A stretch of 64,000 nt of DNA from an uncultured Candidatus Saccharibacteria bacterium (GTDB lineage: Bacteria; Patescibacteriota; Minisyncoccia; Phycocordibacterales; DATDWN01), in assembly GCA_964426735.1 (NCBI GenBank), contig CAYRRP010000003.1:77378-141377 (forward strand), given 5' to 3'. Within the stretch, counting starts at the first letter, position 1. Each line of letters starts with the position of its first letter. The notes under the pieces are model-generated. The model saw only the letters and a program-made list of their open reading frames with translations, searched no databases and was not told the DNA's origin. The translations under genes and the position numbers were made by a program. Positions 26,808 through 36,247 of the stretch are shown piece by piece.

Positions 26808-27878
26808 ATGGCTAAAAAAGATTACACAAACATTGTAGTGCACAAACTCCCCCAACAAGAAGTAGAAATTACTGGTGAAATTACTGTAGAAAAAATGGAT
26901 TCGATGCGAAAAAAAGCAATCGAATCACTTAAGAAAGAAATCACTCTTCCTGGATTTCGAAAAGGTACTGCACCTGAAAACCTTGTAATACAGCAGATTG
27001 GTGAAGTGAAAATACTTGAGGAAGCAGGAGAGCTTGCACTCGGTGAAGTATATCCTGATATTCTCGAAGATGAGAAACTTGATCCTCTTGGTAAACCAGA
27101 GGTAACTATCACGAAGATTGGTGTTGGTAGTGCCCTTGGTTTTAAGATCAAAACAGCACTGATGCCTGAAGTGAAAATCGGTAATTATAAAAAAATCGCC
27201 CAGAAAGTCTATGCAAAAGAAGTAGCTGTAGAAGTCACAGATAAAGATATTGAGGACGTCATCCTCAATCTTCGAAAAAATGTTGCTCATGCAAAACTCC
27301 ATGAAGAAGGTGGATATGATGAACACGATCACTCTCACGGAGAAATCAAAGATGAAGATTTACCAGAAGTAAATGATGATTTCTTAAAACAGATTGGTGA
27401 GTTTGCATCAGTTGAAGATTTAAAAGAAAAAATAAAAGAAAATCTCCTTAAAGAAAAAACTTTTAAAGCAAAAGATAAAAAACGAACAGAAACACTTGAA
27501 GAAATTATTAATGCATCAACAATTGAAATTCCCCAGATCTTGATTGATGGAGAGCTTGATCGAATGAAAGCTCAGTTTGAGGATGATTTGGCACAATCAG
27601 GTATTACACTTACAAACTACCTCTCATACGCAAAGAAAACAGAGGACGACCTCAAGGCTGATTGGAAAGATACGGCAATCAAACGAGCAAAATCTCAAAT
27701 CATTCTTAATACTATTGCAAAAGAAGAGAGCATCACACCTGACGAAGCGATGATAAAAACGGAAATGGAAAAAATCCTCGCACACCACAAAGATGCAGAA
27801 CGTTTCCGTGTACGAATGTATGTGGAAACATTTCTCACCAATGATTTGGTGTTTAAGTTTCTTGAGGAGCAGAAATAG
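26808..27878 (+). CDS. tig: trigger factor (short form; no FKBP-type PPIase domain recognised)
   Basis: N-terminal ribosome-binding signature LPGFRKGTAP. It is 356 aa against about 430 for the canonical protein. clpP follows downstream. Confidence 0.75.
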   Translation: MAKKDYTNIVVHKLPQQEVEITGEITVEKMDSMRKKAIESLKKEITLPGFRKGTAPENLVIQQIGEVKILEEAGELALGEVYPDILEDEKLDPLGKPEVTITKIGVGSALGFKIKTALMPEVKIGNYKKIAQKVYAKEVAVEVTDKDIEDVILNLRKNVAHAKLHEEGGYDEHDHSHGEIKDEDLPEVNDDFLKQIGEFASVEDLKEKIKENLLKEKTFKAKDKKRTETLEEIINASTIEIPQILIDGELDRMKAQFEDDLAQSGITLTNYLSYAKKTEDDLKADWKDTAIKRAKSQIILNTIAKEESITPDEAMIKTEMEKILAHHKDAERFRVRMYVETFLTNDLVFKFLEEQK

Positions 27879-28091
27879 TTGACGAAAAAGTAAGAGTATC
27901 TTATTCTTAGTTTAGACTTGCTCCCGCAGAGTAAGACCGCTTGATTCAGGAGGTGAAGAGGAAGAGACGCAAAAATAGCGAGCCCCTATTGGACGTGGGG
28001 GTGAAAAAGCGAAGGATGTTATGAACCCTTCGCTTTTTATATTGACTTATTTTTACCACTCGAGTAACCCTGGAGCTTACTACCTTTTATA

Positions 28092-28799
28092 TTACATTCC
28101 CAAAAGCACAGCTCCAGCGATTGCTGCTGTCTCTGCTCGCAAAATACGAGGTCCAAGTGCAAACCCTGCAACATTGTATTGTCTAAAGAGTGCGATTTCT
28201 TCATCACTAAAACCTCCTTCTGGACCAATAAAATAAGCAAATGAATACTGGTTTGTGTGTGCAGATAGATATTGCTGTATCGGAGGAAACTCGGGATGAA
28301 AAAATATTTTTTCTTGAGGAAGCACACCACGTTCAAACAGTTTTGGTAGTGTAGTCAGTTCATGTACTGTGAGCAATTCCCCTCTTCCCGACTGTTCTGT
28401 TGCCTCTTGAACAATCTTTTGCAATCGCTCCATATTGAGTTTTTTCTTTTCACTTCGTTCACCAACAATAGGAACAATATGACTCACACCGAGCTCCACT
28501 GCTTTTTGTACCACCAATTCAACATTATCTTTTTTAATAAGCGAAAGGCATAGCCAAATATTTTTTATAGGCGCTGCGATTTCTTTTGTTTCAAGGATTG
28601 AAAGTTCTGCTTCAGACGGAGAAACTTTTGCAATCACTGCTCGACACTCAATACCTGAACCATCAAATACAATCACCTGACTTCCTACATTATATCGAAA
28701 GACCTTTCGCCATTGGTGAATCAGGTCTCTGTTAGAGATATGTATACTTTTTTCCTTTTCAACTATTTTTTCAGTTATATAAAATCGATGGAGTCTCAT
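28092..28799 (-). CDS. rsmE: 16S rRNA (uracil1498-N3)-methyltransferase RsmE
   Basis: MRLHRFY… start and C-terminal GPEGGFS…LGPRILRAETA motifs. The start is taken at the internal Met of the longer track ORF. Confidence 0.8.
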   Translation of the reverse strand: MRLHRFYITEKIVEKEKSIHISNRDLIHQWRKVFRYNVGSQVIVFDGSGIECRAVIAKVSPSEAELSILETKEIAAPIKNIWLCLSLIKKDNVELVVQKAVELGVSHIVPIVGERSEKKKLNMERLQKIVQEATEQSGRGELLTVHELTTLPKLFERGVLPQEKIFFHPEFPPIQQYLSAHTNQYSFAYFIGPEGGFSDEEIALFRQYNVAGFALGPRILRAETAAIAGAVLLGM

Positions 28800-28899
28800 A
28801 TACCAATATTGTGCAACAAAGAGTGTAAAAATGAAAGGTCTAGCATAATTCGTTTCTTTTGCTATAATAGTTAACACATTAACAATCAATATTGAATAT

Positions 28900-29475
28900 A
28901 TGAGCTATTTAGTACCAACAGTAATTGAAAAAACAAACATGGGTGAGCGAGCATACGATATCTACTCTCGCCTACTCAAAGACAATATTATCTTTTTAGG
29001 TGGGCCGATTGACGACACCGTTGCAAACCTCGTCATTGCCCAGCTTCTTTTCCTCCAGTCTGAGGATCCAAAAAAGGATATCTCTATTTATATCAACTCA
29101 CCAGGAGGGTCCGCTTCTGCTACGTTGGCGATGATTGACACAATGAATCATATTAAAAATGATGTTTCTACTGTATGTATCGGTATGGCCGCTTCAGGTG
29201 GTGCATGGATGCTCTCTGCAGGGACAAAAGGTAAACGTTTTGCACTTCCTAATGCTGAGATTATGATTCACCAGCCACTCGGAGGTGCTGAGGGTCAGGC
29301 TACCGATATTGAGATTCGAGCAAAACAAATCCTCAAACTCCGTGAAAACCTCACAAAAATCATGGCAAAAAATACTGGTCAAACTGTAGCAAAAGTGGCT
29401 CAAGACATTGACCGTGACTTCTGGATGAATTCTGAAGAAGCCAAAAAATACGGAATTATTGACAAAGTGTTGTAA
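28900..29475 (+). CDS. clpP: ATP-dependent Clp protease proteolytic subunit
   Basis: Catalytic Ser-His-Asp context, …[14 protein letters not shown]…IMIHQPLGG…. Confidence 0.95.
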   Translation: MSYLVPTVIEKTNMGERAYDIYSRLLKDNIIFLGGPIDDTVANLVIAQLLFLQSEDPKKDISIYINSPGGSASATLAMIDTMNHIKNDVSTVCIGMAASGGAWMLSAGTKGKRFALPNAEIMIHQPLGGAEGQATDIEIRAKQILKLRENLTKIMAKNTGQTVAKVAQDIDRDFWMNSEEAKKYGIIDKVL

Positions 29476-29507
29476 TAAAATATAGTAATTACAGAAAGGG
29501 CATTTAT

Positions 29508-29717
29508 ATGGTAATCATCGTAGTTGTAGGTCATTTGGGTGAAGAAAAATTGTTCTACGCCAAAACAACAGAAGAGGCGGAAAACACTTTACTCTTAAAA
29601 GGTTTTACGCTCTCAACAAAAAATGAGTCGGTTTTTTGGGAAGACACCTATCGTGGATGCCGAGCGAAAATCAAAAGACCTGAGGCATCTATCCCGCACA
29701 TCTCGGATCTTTGTTAA
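29508..29717 (+). CDS. small hypothetical protein (69 aa) co-transcribed with clpP
   Basis: The ORF lies between the clpP stop and an intrinsic terminator. The RBS is weak and there is no similarity. Confidence 0.3.
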   Translation: MVIIVVVGHLGEEKLFYAKTTEEAENTLLLKGFTLSTKNESVFWEDTYRGCRAKIKRPEASIPHISDLC

Positions 29718-29718
29718 A

Positions 29719-29750
29719 CCACCACCGAATACCACGGGTGGTGGTTTTTC
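29719..29750 (+). terminator. intrinsic terminator CCACCACCG-aatacca-CGGGTGGTGG-TTTTT
   Basis: A 9-10-bp GC-rich stem plus U-run. Confidence 0.8.
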
Positions 29751-29927
29751 GGTTAAATTAGACAAAGTTAAGTAATTAATGTATCGTGTAAGTATTACCC
29801 ATTTAAATTTGTGTAACTGACTGCTCCACCACTACTGCCCTGACCGACAACCAGCAATTCCCCCTTGTACTGACACCATAAAACTTTTTTAGGCTTCCGT
29901 GTAAGGCAGTAAGTTACTGCGTATAAT

Positions 29928-31457
29928 ATGTCATTAAAAATAGTAGCAGCCCTTTTGGCTGGAGCATCCGTCATCGGACTTGCTTTAGGTTATTACCTAC
30001 GACTGATCATTTCTCTCGGAAAACGTGGCTCTATGGAGCTTGAGCTCAAACAAATGGAGCTTGCCGCAAAAGACCGTGAAAAAGAAATCATCGAAGGTGC
30101 AGAACAAAAAGCAGAAAAAATCCTTGAAGAAGCTCGAAGTGAAATAAAAGAGAAAGAAGAAAAAGCAAAGAAAACAGAGGAGCGTTTGATCAAAAAAGAA
30201 GAAATGCTCGACAAACGGCAGATCGATATCGACTCTGAAGTTGATATGATTAAGGAAAAGATTGCTGAAGTGAAAGAAGTGCGAGATAAGGCGGATAAAC
30301 TTAAAGAGGAACGCCAAAAAGAACTCGAGCGTGTCAGCAGACTTACTCCAGAGGAAGCAAAGAAGGAAATTCTTGAAAATACCGAACGTACATATGAGGC
30401 GGATATTTTGGCGCGTATGCAAAAGCTCGAACGCAATGGTGAGGAGCAACTTTTGAAGAAGGCTCAGGATATTCTCGCTACATCGATTCAACGTCTTGCA
30501 AACTCAGTAACCGCAGACATGCTCACTACAAACGTACCGATTCCTTCAGATGAAATCAAAGGAAAGATCATCGGTAAAGAGGGGCGAAATATCAAAGCGT
30601 TTGAACGTATGAGCGGTGTGGAAATTATCGTAGATGACACCCCAGGCTCTATTACCATCTCATCATTTGACCCTGTACGCCGACAAGTTGCGAAAGTAGC
30701 TTTGGAAAAACTCATCGCCGATGGACGTATTCAACCTGCAAAAATCGAGGAGATGATCCAAAAAGCTCAAGAAGATATCAATAAAATGATAAAAGAAAAA
30801 GGTGAAGAAGCGGTGTATGAGTGTGGAATTTTGAACCTTGATCCAAAAGTTGTTGCTATTCTTGGTCGTCTCCACTATAGAACAAGCTACGGACAAAACG
30901 TCCTTGCTCACTCAGTAGAGATGGCACATATTGCAGGAATGCTTGCAGAAGAGCTCGGTGCAAATGTACAAGTAGCGAAAGCTGGTGCACTCCTCCATGA
31001 CCTCGGAAAAGCACTCGACCACGAAGTAGCAGGAACTCATGTAGAAATCGGACGCCGAATCTTGCAGAAATTCAATGTTGATGAAGCGGTAATCAAGGCA
31101 ATGCAGGCACACCATGAAGAATACCCATATGAAACTATCGAATCTATTATCGTGCAGTGTGCTGACGCTATTTCAGGAAGCCGTCCTGGTGCTCGCCGAG
31201 ACTCAGTAGAAAACTACTTGAAACGACTCGCAGACCTCGAAGGTGTCGCAACATCATTTAAAGGTGTTGAGAAAGCATATGCACTTCAGGCAGGACGAGA
31301 AATCAGAATCTTTGTGACTCCACAAGAAGTGACTGACTTGGAAGCAAAGAAAATGGCTCGTGATATAGCGACTCGTATTGAAAATGAATTGAAATACCCA
31401 GGAGAAATAAAAGTAAACGTAATTCGCGAAAGCAGAACGATTGAATACGCCCGATAA
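29928..31457 (+). CDS. rny: ribonuclease Y
   Basis: N-terminal TM, a Lys/Glu-rich coiled coil, a KH domain (…IIGKEGRNIK…) and an HD domain (…LLHDLGKA…). Confidence 0.95.
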   Translation: MSLKIVAALLAGASVIGLALGYYLRLIISLGKRGSMELELKQMELAAKDREKEIIEGAEQKAEKILEEARSEIKEKEEKAKKTEERLIKKEEMLDKRQIDIDSEVDMIKEKIAEVKEVRDKADKLKEERQKELERVSRLTPEEAKKEILENTERTYEADILARMQKLERNGEEQLLKKAQDILATSIQRLANSVTADMLTTNVPIPSDEIKGKIIGKEGRNIKAFERMSGVEIIVDDTPGSITISSFDPVRRQVAKVALEKLIADGRIQPAKIEEMIQKAQEDINKMIKEKGEEAVYECGILNLDPKVVAILGRLHYRTSYGQNVLAHSVEMAHIAGMLAEELGANVQVAKAGALLHDLGKALDHEVAGTHVEIGRRILQKFNVDEAVIKAMQAHHEEYPYETIESIIVQCADAISGSRPGARRDSVENYLKRLADLEGVATSFKGVEKAYALQAGREIRIFVTPQEVTDLEAKKMARDIATRIENELKYPGEIKVNVIRESRTIEYAR

Positions 31458-31495
31458 TAGTTAACAGTAGACAGTCAATAGTCTTTAGTAAAAAC

Positions 31496-31523
31496 AAAAA
31501 ATCACCTTTCGGTGATTTTTTGT
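31496..31523 (+). terminator. intrinsic terminator ATCACC-tttc-GGTGAT-TTTTTT, nested inside an 11-bp inverted repeat (31466-31476 / 31534-31544)
   Basis: Hairpin plus U6. The flanking AGTAGACAGTC / GACTGTCTACT inverted repeat is exact. Confidence 0.75.
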
Positions 31524-31669
31524 TAATAACTTCGACTGTCTACTCATGACTTATGACTACACACTTCCTTGTCCGTCAACCCCTTGCACTCGAAAACCCT
31601 TGGTATATAATAGCTATATAGTAGATAGGGTGAGTCTTGAAAGATTACAAATTTAGTTTTACAACATCC

Positions 31670-31942
31670 ATGAATAAAGCATCATTGGTAGACGCAGTAT
31701 ATGCAGAGCTCGGTGGTACAAAAGTACAGGCTGAGAAAGTGGTTGATATTATTATCGACAACATTGTTGCTACTTTGAAAAAAGGTGGTGAAGTGTCTAT
31801 CGCGGGTCTTGGTATCTTTTCAACAAAAACTCGAGCGGCTCGACAGGCTCGAAACCCACGAACAGGTGAATCAATCTCTGTTCCTGCAATGAAAGTTCCT
31901 AAATTCCGCGCAGCTAAGGGTCTTAAGGACGCCGTAAAATAA
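31670..31942 (+). CDS. hup: DNA-binding protein HU
   Basis: MNKASLVDAV…GGEVSIAGLGIFSTKTRAARQARNPRTGESI… is the HU/IHF fold signature. The start is at the internal Met. Confidence 0.9.
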   Translation: MNKASLVDAVYAELGGTKVQAEKVVDIIIDNIVATLKKGGEVSIAGLGIFSTKTRAARQARNPRTGESISVPAMKVPKFRAAKGLKDAVK

Positions 31943-32097
31943 TAAAATCCATATTTGGTGAATTTCTTTGTTGCTTCACCTTTTTCTCTCCCGCGCAGTA
32001 CTCTTGTACAACTTGGTCAAGAAAAAGGTTTGTGCCTCAAACTTCACTCAAATCTGAAATTTTCTTACGTTTTATTCTCTAGAGAATATCAAAAAAC

Positions 32098-32122
32098 ACT
32101 CCAACCGGGGTGTTTTTTGATT
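32098..32122. terminator. bidirectional terminator (ACTCC-aacc-GGGGT flanked by an A-run and a T-run)
   Basis: aaaaaacACTCCaaccGGGGTgtttttt serves both strands. Confidence 0.5.
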
Positions 32123-32158
32123 ACAAAAAGCCCACCAACATGGCTCTTTGTTGGTGGG

Positions 32159-32512
32159 TTATACATTGTAATGTGCCCTGATGTCTGCGACTACTGTGTC
32201 TATGTACGACACTGGGTAATCCTGTCTGGTATTAACACAATAGACATACTCGACCACCAAAAACCACTGCCCTAGTTTTTTCTCAAGCGTGACCATGCAC
32301 AAACAGGTTGTTTTCCCATAGAGATACAGGGGAAATTTTTCACCTCTGTAAATACTCACGCCTCGCATGCCGCGCTGCGTCCAAAAATCATTCTCAAGAT
32401 CAAAAATGCAAAGCTCTTCATGGAGTTCGGATAGAGTATCATGGACAAAATTATTTTCTTCATGATTCTCTTTCCACCACGCCTCAATCCATTGCAATAT
32501 TCTGGACATCAA
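32159..32512 (-). CDS. hypothetical protein (117 aa), probably co-transcribed with the upstream amidotransferase
   Basis: Same orientation as the GATase gene, with a terminator just downstream. Preferred over the overlapping + strand ORF 31955..32275. Confidence 0.4.
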   Translation of the reverse strand: MMSRILQWIEAWWKENHEENNFVHDTLSELHEELCIFDLENDFWTQRGMRGVSIYRGEKFPLYLYGKTTCLCMVTLEKKLGQWFLVVEYVYCVNTRQDYPVSYIDTVVADIRAHYNV

Positions 32513-32545
32513 TCCTCCTTCTTCCAGACTACCATAGGTAAAAAA

Positions 32546-33094
32546 CTAATCAATAGAACTATTCAATATTTTCAAAAATAACTCATCCCCCTCAGATTCC
32601 TCAACAAAATTCTCCGGATGAAATTGAAAACCATATAGAGGTAAATTTTTATGTTTAATAATTTCAGGACCATCATTTGATATACCCAATACATCAAAAG
32701 TCTCTGGCAACATATCTACTACCCATCGATGACTCTCAAATACCCGTACTATCCCCTCTCCCAAACTTTTATCTAAAAGTCGAACTTCATACATTCCCTT
32801 TTTGTCCTGTGATAGTTCCTTTAGAGTACCTCCAAACGCAGTAACGATAAGTTCATACCCAAAACAAATCCCAATGACCGGAATTTTTGCATTTTTAATA
32901 AAATCTATTTCTTTTTTAAATATGTCCTCATTACCCACCAATTGATATTTACTTCCTCCCGACAAAATAACCACATCAAAATCTGTCGTATCTGTATCAA
33001 AATCAGCAAAAGAATGCACTATTTCTTTTCCAGGAATAAGTACTTTAAGTTTATTTAAAAGGGTTGTTCCATTGTCGATAAGTAAAATTTTCAT
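32546..33094 (-). CDS. class I glutamine amidotransferase-like protein
   Basis: GICFGYE (nucleophile Cys) and FQFHPE (His/Glu), a GATase1 fold with 182 aa. Confidence 0.75.
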   Translation of the reverse strand: MKILLIDNGTTLLNKLKVLIPGKEIVHSFADFDTDTTDFDVVILSGGSKYQLVGNEDIFKKEIDFIKNAKIPVIGICFGYELIVTAFGGTLKELSQDKKGMYEVRLLDKSLGEGIVRVFESHRWVVDMLPETFDVLGISNDGPEIIKHKNLPLYGFQFHPENFVEESEGDELFLKILNSSID

Positions 33095-33156
33095 GTGGTA
33101 AGTATACCAAATTATTTAGCCAAATTAGTAGGAAGAAAGTTAGAAATTTCCACTGG

Positions 33157-33301
33157 TGCGGGTGGGGAGAATCGGTCACGAGTAATTCTGGTTCCGTCGA
33201 ACCAGAATTCTCTCGACCCCGACTCGCGACCCACTCTGGTGAGCGGGTGCCCCCGCTCCGTCTTTCGATTCCCCATGCAAAGCTCTGCTTTGCTCACCCG
33301 C
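33157..33301 (-). ncRNA. GC-rich tRNA-like structured element (copy 1 of the tRNA-Gly-associated RNA motif)
   Basis: It begins GCGGGTG and ends CGATTCTCCCCACCCGCA, identical to the tRNA-Gly(TCC) acceptor 5' strand and last 18 nt. The core (GGGGAATCGAAAG…CGGAGCG…CGCGAG…GGGTCG…TGACCGATTC) is conserved with 37372..37496, and the stems are compensatory. Confidence 0.55.
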
Positions 33302-33347
33302 ACACATATCAAAAAACCGGCATAAAACCGGTTTTTTGATATGTGTG
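33301..33347. repeat. perfect 20-bp palindrome CACACATATCAAAAAACCGG-cataaaa-CCGGTTTTTTGATATGTGTG (bidirectional terminator-like)
   Basis: Exact inverted repeat between tRNA-Gly(TCC) and the tRNA-like element. Confidence 0.85.
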
Positions 33348-33416
33348 CGGGTGGGGAGAATCGAACTCCCGTATACTGCTTGGAAGGCAGTCATTCTACC
33401 ACTAAATTACACCCGC
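33346..33416 (-). tRNA. tRNA-Gly (anticodon TCC)
   Basis: GCGGGTG acceptor, anticodon arm ACTGC-CTTCCAA-GCAGT, T-arm GGGAG-TTCGATT-CTCCC, 71 nt. Confidence 0.9.
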
Positions 33417-33479
33417 GATTGAAATACTCTAGCAGAAAAACAAGTATTCGGCAATTAAAAATGTTATATACTTATACGT

Positions 33480-34607
33480 ATGCTCAGACATCTTTTTACA
33501 AAAATCATTCTTTTCCTTAGCCTGTCTTTCTTTATACACCCCAACCCGGTAGTTATTTCAAACATGCCCACACTTCCCCATTCCACAACCACATCAGAAG
33601 CGAAAGCAACTTCCACTCAATCTGCGATCACATCAACGCCGTCAACACCAAAAAAAGAAACAACAAAGCCAACTGGTACAAAAAATACCTCAAAAGTCAG
33701 CGAAACACAGTCTGTAGCATCATCCACTACTCCCGTAGTAGTCCCAGAACCAACTATTCCCTTTGAGACAATCAACGAAAATGCTCGTAAAGCAGTGGTA
33801 AATATTTTATGTACTGTACAAAACTCTAGCTCACTTTCGACGATTACTGGAAGCGGTATTGTTTTAAGTAGTGATGGTTTGATTTTGACCAACGCTCATG
33901 TAGCACAATATTTCCTCTTTAAAAACTTTAACAATCAAAAAGATTTTATCTCATGCGTAATCCGTACTGGAAACCCTGCCTACCCTACGTATACCGCAGA
34001 GCTCGCATACATTTCTCCACAATGGATAGCGGAACACAAAGGCGATATTGTCCTTGAGAGTCCAAAAGGTACCGGTGAATATGATTATGCTTTTTTACGT
34101 ATTACCGGAAAAACAGATGGCACTATAGCACCCACAACACTTCCGTTTATTCCCATAAATCTGATTGAATTTACAGAAATAGGTACACCAGCAGTACTCG
34201 TCTCATATCCTGCTGGTTTTCTCGGAGGGCAAAGTATTATTCAAAATCTGTATCAAAGTAGTGCAGTGATCAATGTTACTGATCGATTTACATTTGGTGA
34301 GAATACTGTAGACCGACTGTCTCTCGGAGGAAGTGTGGTGGCACAAAAAGGCTCTTCAGGAGGAGCTGTGGTAGATAGCAGAGGTACCCTCATTGGATTG
34401 ATTTCTATTAGCTCAGACGGAAATACCACGGGAGAACGAGACCTTAGTGCCATTACCCTCTCCTACATCAACCGCGATCTTATTAAAAATGCAAACACTA
34501 CTATTTCCTCTATCGCTTCGAATAGCGCTGTCTTTGCCGCAACATTTAATGAAAAATTAGCTCCTGGACTGACTAAAGCATTGAGTGATGTGATTTTGAA
34601 GAAATAA
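33480..34607 (+). CDS. secreted trypsin-like (S1C/HtrA-type) serine protease without a PDZ domain
   Basis: Signal/TM N-terminus and a Thr/Ser-rich linker. Catalytic motifs are TNAHV (His) and GSSGGAVVD (Ser). Confidence 0.75.
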   Translation: MLRHLFTKIILFLSLSFFIHPNPVVISNMPTLPHSTTTSEAKATSTQSAITSTPSTPKKETTKPTGTKNTSKVSETQSVASSTTPVVVPEPTIPFETINENARKAVVNILCTVQNSSSLSTITGSGIVLSSDGLILTNAHVAQYFLFKNFNNQKDFISCVIRTGNPAYPTYTAELAYISPQWIAEHKGDIVLESPKGTGEYDYAFLRITGKTDGTIAPTTLPFIPINLIEFTEIGTPAVLVSYPAGFLGGQSIIQNLYQSSAVINVTDRFTFGENTVDRLSLGGSVVAQKGSSGGAVVDSRGTLIGLISISSDGNTTGERDLSAITLSYINRDLIKNANTTISSIASNSAVFAATFNEKLAPGLTKALSDVILKK

Positions 34608-34632
34608 AAGGTATTGTTACAATATACAGATT

Positions 34633-35145
34633 ATGAAAAAAATCTGGAACTCTTTTTGGAATTGGTACGATAGTCACCCAACACTCACCCTTGGTATAAC
34701 CCTCGGGCTCTTTAGTTTACAAATTATTCACCTGATTTGGCTCTTAACTAGTGTTATTTGGACTAAAGCATTTGGTCACGCACTCTTTGCACCACATGAA
34801 GCTTTTGAGCGCATTCTTGTTCTTGTAGATTATACTGAAATACCAGCACTCATCAGTGCCTCTCTTGTATATATTGACGATTTACGTAAAAAAATAAGCC
34901 CAAAAGCTATCATGTACCTCATCTTCCTCAACACTCAATGGCTTCACCTTTTCTGGATCACTGATGAATATGTAGTAAGTCAATTTACACAAACTGTTCT
35001 TATCCCCTCATGGCTCGCATGGATTGCTATTCTTATAGACTATCTCGAACTTCCAGTGATACTTGATACGCTCAAAAAATTTATTTCATCGCTTCATAAA
35101 GGAGAAGTGAAGCAGGCTTTCCAAGCTATTTCTGAACGAGACTAG
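34633..35145 (+). CDS. integral membrane hypothetical protein (170 aa)
   Basis: Four predicted TM helices. It is Trp-rich and has no recognised domain. Confidence 0.45.
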   Translation: MKKIWNSFWNWYDSHPTLTLGITLGLFSLQIIHLIWLLTSVIWTKAFGHALFAPHEAFERILVLVDYTEIPALISASLVYIDDLRKKISPKAIMYLIFLNTQWLHLFWITDEYVVSQFTQTVLIPSWLAWIAILIDYLELPVILDTLKKFISSLHKGEVKQAFQAISERD

Positions 35146-35202
35146 TTACCCTAAAACATTCTTCCTGAAGAATGTTCGGGCGAACATTTTAGTAAAAATG
35201 TT

Positions 35203-35499
35203 TTAGCCGGCTTTTTCAGCAGCAATTTGTAACACCATATCAAAATTATCTTCTTTTTGTGCTTTATTCGCTCGTGTAAAACCACACTTTTCACATACTT
35301 GAATAATATTGTATTCACTCCCCTTCTTTTGTATTTCCGTTGGACGCATCAGTCCTCCACATGTTTCCGCTCGATCACCTGGGTCAATATCAACATGTTT
35401 AGACCACAAACACTGTGGGCAATGATTCGTAAAACCATTCCCTACCACAGTTTCTCCGCAGTGTTCACAGACAAAATCTTCAATAGTTCGTTTGAACAT
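35203..35499 (-). CDS. RNHCP-domain zinc-ribbon protein
   Basis: TNHCPQCLWSKHVD is the RNHCP signature, and CEHCGE/CEKCG are additional Cys pairs. Confidence 0.7.
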   Translation of the reverse strand: MFKRTIEDFVCEHCGETVVGNGFTNHCPQCLWSKHVDIDPGDRAETCGGLMRPTEIQKKGSEYNIIQVCEKCGFTRANKAQKEDNFDMVLQIAAEKAG

Positions 35500-35539
35500 A
35501 CACCATGTATAGTAACACAATCAATCCAAAAAAAGCCCC

Positions 35540-36109
35540 TCACAAGGAGGGGACTTCTAGTGTCTGTACATCAAATGAAAGTGGATGTCCTGCAGGTGTA
35601 GAAAACACCGCACAGGGAACTGCCAGAAATTGATAGCTGCGCATTGGCGTGTAAACGGGGTCAGAATAAGCATGGTTAAATAAAACAACATAACGCACCT
35701 TTTCATAATCTACTTCCCTACCTACACCAACAGAAGATTGCATGAACTTTTTTTCCGCTTGATTAATCCATGTAGGAAAACTGATAGCAGTTCCTACATG
35801 AAAACCAATAACATCAAAAAGGAAGTATGGAACCGGATAGTTTGCTAAAAATGAGTCAAGTACATGATTTAGCATCCTTCCTTGAAACATCTCGACAGCA
35901 CGCTCTTTGGTGATAATTTTTGGACAATCTGATGTGAAGTATTCAGAAAAACCATTCTGATACAAACCTCTCAACAGTTTCACGTCACCCGAACACAAAA
36001 CAATCTTCAATGAACTCCTCGGTGGATCCTCTAAAACTTTTTTCCAATTTACATACATCATCACAACACCTCCTCGTCTAAATACTAAACTTATTGAATT
36101 AATTGTCAA
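35540..36109 (-). CDS. hypothetical protein (probable start at the internal MMYVNWKK)
   Basis: ORF with no recognised motif. Confidence 0.4.
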   Translation of the reverse strand: MTINSISLVFRRGGVVMMYVNWKKVLEDPPRSSLKIVLCSGDVKLLRGLYQNGFSEYFTSDCPKIITKERAVEMFQGRMLNHVLDSFLANYPVPYFLFDVIGFHVGTAISFPTWINQAEKKFMQSSVGVGREVDYEKVRYVVLFNHAYSDPVYTPMRSYQFLAVPCAVFSTPAGHPLSFDVQTLEVPSL

Positions 36110-36153
36110 AATTGTAATTTAGCACTTTTATGTTACACTAGTTGAGTATTATA

Positions 36154-36226
36154 CGGGGTGTGGTGTAACGGCTAACATGCTTGATTTGGGATCAAGTGAC
36201 TCCGGGTTCGAATCCCGGCACCCCGA
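36154..36226 (+). tRNA. tRNA-Pro (anticodon TGG)
   Basis: CGGGGTG/CACCCCG acceptor, anticodon loop TTTGGGA, T-arm CCGGG-TTCGAAT-CCCGG. Confidence 0.9.
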
Positions 36227-36247
36227 CAATAGATTTTCTAAATACAC

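Noticed and set aside
29993-30911. Several minus-strand ORFs antisense within rny
   Set aside because: They are low-complexity translations of the Lys/Glu-rich rny coiled-coil region. rny is confidently coding on the + strand.
31955-32275. 106-aa ORF on the + strand after hup
   Set aside because: It overlaps the minus-strand ORF 32159..32512. The minus ORF is co-oriented with the upstream amidotransferase gene and is followed by a terminator. The + ORF has no RBS and spans a terminator hairpin.
33157-33301. The tRNA-like GC-rich element as tmRNA, tRNA-Sec or an intron-containing tRNA
   Set aside because: At about 145 nt it is too short for tmRNA and has no tag reading frame or pseudoknots. 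The 6-bp D-like stem is suggestive of tRNA-Sec, but there is no TCA anticodon loop and the extra arm would be about 90 nt. It is too short for a group I intron. I kept it as an unclassified structured element.
33095-33394. ORFs 33095..33325 (+), 33112..33312 (-) and 33176..33394 (-) across the tRNA-like region
   Set aside because: They overlap a tRNA gene, a perfect palindrome and a GC-rich structured element. There is no start context or similarity.
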